Assembly (NCBI GenBank): GCA_050012475.1
Contig: JBEKHC010000101.1
Span: forward strand, 1 to 17,207
Origin: Candidatus Velthaea sp.
Lineage (GTDB): Bacteria > Vulcanimicrobiota > Vulcanimicrobiia > Vulcanimicrobiales > Vulcanimicrobiaceae
Reading direction: 5' to 3'
DNA length: 17,207 nucleotides
Shown piece after piece: positions 14,955 through 17,207 of the stretch (position 1 is the stretch's first letter; every line of letters begins with the position of its first letter). The notes beneath the pieces were generated by a model, which was not told the origin of the DNA, searched no databases, and saw nothing but the letters and a program-made list of their open reading frames with translations. Both the position numbers and the translations under genes were made by a program.

Positions 14955-15902
14955 GTGATACAGCTCGATTTGCGGCCGCTGGGCATCGGCGAGATTCTCG
15001 ACCGTGCCGTGACGCTTTTCGTGCGGCGGTTTGCCGTGCTCGTGTTGATTCTCGCGCTCGTCGCGATCCCCGTCGCGATCGTTCAATATGCCACCGCGCC
15101 GTCGACCGCCGGAATGCTGGCCGACCTGCAGCGCTTGCTGGAACTTCCGCCGGGTCATCCCGAAGAACAGCGCGCCGTTCTGCGCGCGCTGACGCAGAAA
15201 AATCAGATCGGCGCGCTGGGTGCGCTCTTGGTCATGCTCAGCGCCGTTTTGAGCGCGCTCTCGTCCACGGCGTGCATCATCGGCGTCGCTCAAGCGTACG
15301 GCGGAAAACTGCCGTCGGTGCGGGAGGTGTATCGCGAAGCGTTGCTGCGCTGGCCGGCGCAGCTCGCGGCAGGCCTGGCGTACGTCGGAATCGCCTTCGC
15401 GCTGACGATCGTGCTCACGCTGTTGATTTTCGTTATCGCGTTGGCGATCGGAGCGCTGGCAGTGCTGTCGCGCGTTGCCGCTGCGGTCGTCGGGATCCCC
15501 GTTGCCGTCGTCATGCTCGCGGTTTTTTTGGCGACGCTGGTGATGCTGTATTTTGCAGCCCAGATGACCCTCGTCGCGATCGCGCTGGAAGAACCCAACC
15601 CGATCCGGGGTATCGCCCACGGCCTGCGACGCACGCTGAGCCCGCCGATCTTCTGGCGCTCGCTGCTCGTCGCGACGGTGTTGTTCGCCGTGTCGCTCTT
15701 GGGCTCGCTCATCGTATTGGGCATCGCCTCGGCGTTCAGCGTGCTGACCCATGTGACCGCGTTCTATCCGGTCATTACGGTCATCGGCGGGGTCGCACTC
15801 AATGCATTGCTGACGACATTCATCGTGATTTACGCCTTCGACATCCGCGTGCGTCGCGAAGGGTACGATTTGGCCGTCGCCGCGCGGAAGAACGCGCTCT
15901 GA
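14955..15902 (+). CDS. multi-pass membrane protein of the MoxR/DUF4129/DUF4350 cluster (GDPD membrane-domain-like)
   Basis: N-terminal LRPLGIGEILD and C-terminal DIRVRREGYDL family motifs; about six hydrophobic segments. Confidence 0.75.
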   Translation: MIQLDLRPLGIGEILDRAVTLFVRRFAVLVLILALVAIPVAIVQYATAPSTAGMLADLQRLLELPPGHPEEQRAVLRALTQKNQIGALGALLVMLSAVLSALSSTACIIGVAQAYGGKLPSVREVYREALLRWPAQLAAGLAYVGIAFALTIVLTLLIFVIALAIGALAVLSRVAAAVVGIPVAVVMLAVFLATLVMLYFAAQMTLVAIALEEPNPIRGIAHGLRRTLSPPIFWRSLLVATVLFAVSLLGSLIVLGIASAFSVLTHVTAFYPVITVIGGVALNALLTTFIVIYAFDIRVRREGYDLAVAARKNAL

Positions 15903-15912
15903 ACGGCCGCCG

Positions 15913-16545
15913 ATGAACGCTCGCTGGCCGCACGGCGACCCGCGCGACGTCGCGCGCGCGATCGTCGCCGACCCGCGGTATGCGGTCGCCGTTCCGGCGC
16001 GGCCGGCGCAGGCCTCGTGGTTCGACCTGCTGCGATCCTGGCTCGGCGGACTCTTACGCGGGCTGCTTCACGGGATCGACCGCGCGCTGGGCGCGCACAA
16101 CGCACTCGAAGCGATGATCGGCTTCGGTGTAATCGCCGCCGCGTTTGCGCTCTTGGGTTGGGGTTGCTACGTGTTGGTGCGTTCCTTTGCGCGCGGCACG
16201 CGCGGGCGCAAACGTCCGGCGGGACTTGGCGAAAGCGATTCGGGCGCGGTCGATTGCGCCGCGCTGCGCGAAGCGGCGCTGGCCGCTGCCCGCGCCGGGC
16301 GCTACCGCGAGGCTGCCGCGGCGCTGTTTTCGTGGGTCTTGCATGCGCTCGACGAACGCGGGCGCATCGTGTACGATCCGGCCCGGACCCCGGGCGAATA
16401 TCGCCGGCTCGTGCGCGACCCGCTGTTCGATGCAGTCGCCGGCGACGCCGTGCTCGCGCTCTTTGCTCCGGCCGAACCGACCGCGGAGCTGTTCGAGCGG
16501 CTGAACCAAAACTGCGAACGCTTTCTGGGCTTGCCGGCGGCATGA
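15913..16545 (+). CDS. DUF4129 domain-containing membrane protein
   Basis: One TM segment, then ALAAARAGRYREA...LDERGRIVYDPARTPGEY, typical of DUF4129; consistent gene context. Confidence 0.75.
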   Translation: MNARWPHGDPRDVARAIVADPRYAVAVPARPAQASWFDLLRSWLGGLLRGLLHGIDRALGAHNALEAMIGFGVIAAAFALLGWGCYVLVRSFARGTRGRKRPAGLGESDSGAVDCAALREAALAAARAGRYREAAAALFSWVLHALDERGRIVYDPARTPGEYRRLVRDPLFDAVAGDAVLALFAPAEPTAELFERLNQNCERFLGLPAA

Positions 16546-17207
16546 AAGGCTCGCGGCTCGATCCGCAAACGCTCGCCGCGATCGCCGTGCTCGCGCTGCT
16601 GGCCGCGGTCGCGGTCGTCACGTCGCACGATGACGCGGCGCCCAACGATTCGTACGCGAGCACCGATTACGGCGCGCACGGCTATCGCGCGTGGGCGGCA
16701 GTCCTGGCGCGGGAAGGGGTCGCAACGAGTCGCTTCGTGCTGCGCCCCATCGAACTCGACGCCGGCATCGATACGCTGGTGAGCGCACAACCCGTTCCGC
16801 AGCCCGACGATGCGGCGTCGCGCACGGCCGCCGACGTCGCTGCGCTCGCGGCGTGGGTGCGCGACGGCGGCCGGCTGATCTATCTGGGCCGCAACAGCGC
16901 AGTGACGGCGGATGAAAACGCGCGGCTTGCGCTGCCGTTGTTCTTGCCTGGCGTCGGCGCGCGAGGGACCCTGGCGGGTCCGGCCGCTGCCGACGTGCGC
17001 GCGGTCCGCGCCTTGGGATCGAGCCGGATGCTGTTCGTCGAACGCCCCGGCGAACCGCTGCTGTTCGACGGCAACGGCGACATCGTCGTTCGCTATGCGC
17101 TCGGCCGCGGCGAGGTCGTTGCCGTCAGCGATCCGCGGCCCTTCACGAACGCGAATATCGCGCAGGCCGACAACGCGCGGCTGGCCTACCTGCTCGGCCG
17201 TCCGCGC
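16542..17207 (+). CDS. DUF4350 domain-containing protein (partial, runs off the window; absent from the ORF track)
   Basis: ATG 16542 overlaps the previous TGA (ATGA) and the frame is open to the end: MKGSRLDPQTLAAIAVLALLAAVAVV...GAHGYRAWAAVLAREG...LAAWVRDGGRLI...GRGEVVAVSDPRPFTNANIAQADNARLA. Confidence 0.8.
   Translation, partial: MKGSRLDPQTLAAIAVLALLAAVAVVTSHDDAAPNDSYASTDYGAHGYRAWAAVLAREGVATSRFVLRPIELDAGIDTLVSAQPVPQPDDAASRTAADVAALAAWVRDGGRLIYLGRNSAVTADENARLALPLFLPGVGARGTLAGPAAADVRAVRALGSSRMLFVERPGEPLLFDGNGDIVVRYALGRGEVVAVSDPRPFTNANIAQADNARLAYLLGRPR

Noticed and set aside
1..17207. CRISPR array, IS/integrase, prophage or defence system
   Set aside because: No regularly spaced repeats, terminal inverted repeats or such protein motifs were found by eye. 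The RNase H-fold and helicase genes fit housekeeping families.

Overview
GC-rich bacterial chromosomal window of housekeeping and envelope genes, with no mobile element, CRISPR array, rRNA or tRNA recognised. The gene set and order suggest a diderm Terrabacteria lineage, possibly Eremiobacterota/Vulcanimicrobiota (inference only). There are four blocks. (1) A + strand outer-membrane locus: LptF/G permease, DUF3084 protein, YqgF/RuvX-like nuclease, an unusually large (~898 aa) OmpM-like SLH/coiled-coil/beta-barrel protein, a TPR protein and a GT4 glycosyltransferase. (2) A convergent - strand unit: RecQ-family helicase with a C-terminal PcrA/UvrD-type Tudor-like domain, a secreted Pro/Thr/Ala-rich unknown protein and an FkbM methyltransferase, preceded by a SigB/SigF-like promoter match. 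(3) dnaX-ybaB-recR. (4) The start of a membrane protein-DUF4129-DUF4350 (MoxR-associated) cluster that runs off the right edge. The most notable items are the giant OmpM-like protein in its Lpt locus, the RecQ-Tudor fusion under a putative general-stress promoter, and a recurring GGA-N16/17-CGWA promoter-like motif.
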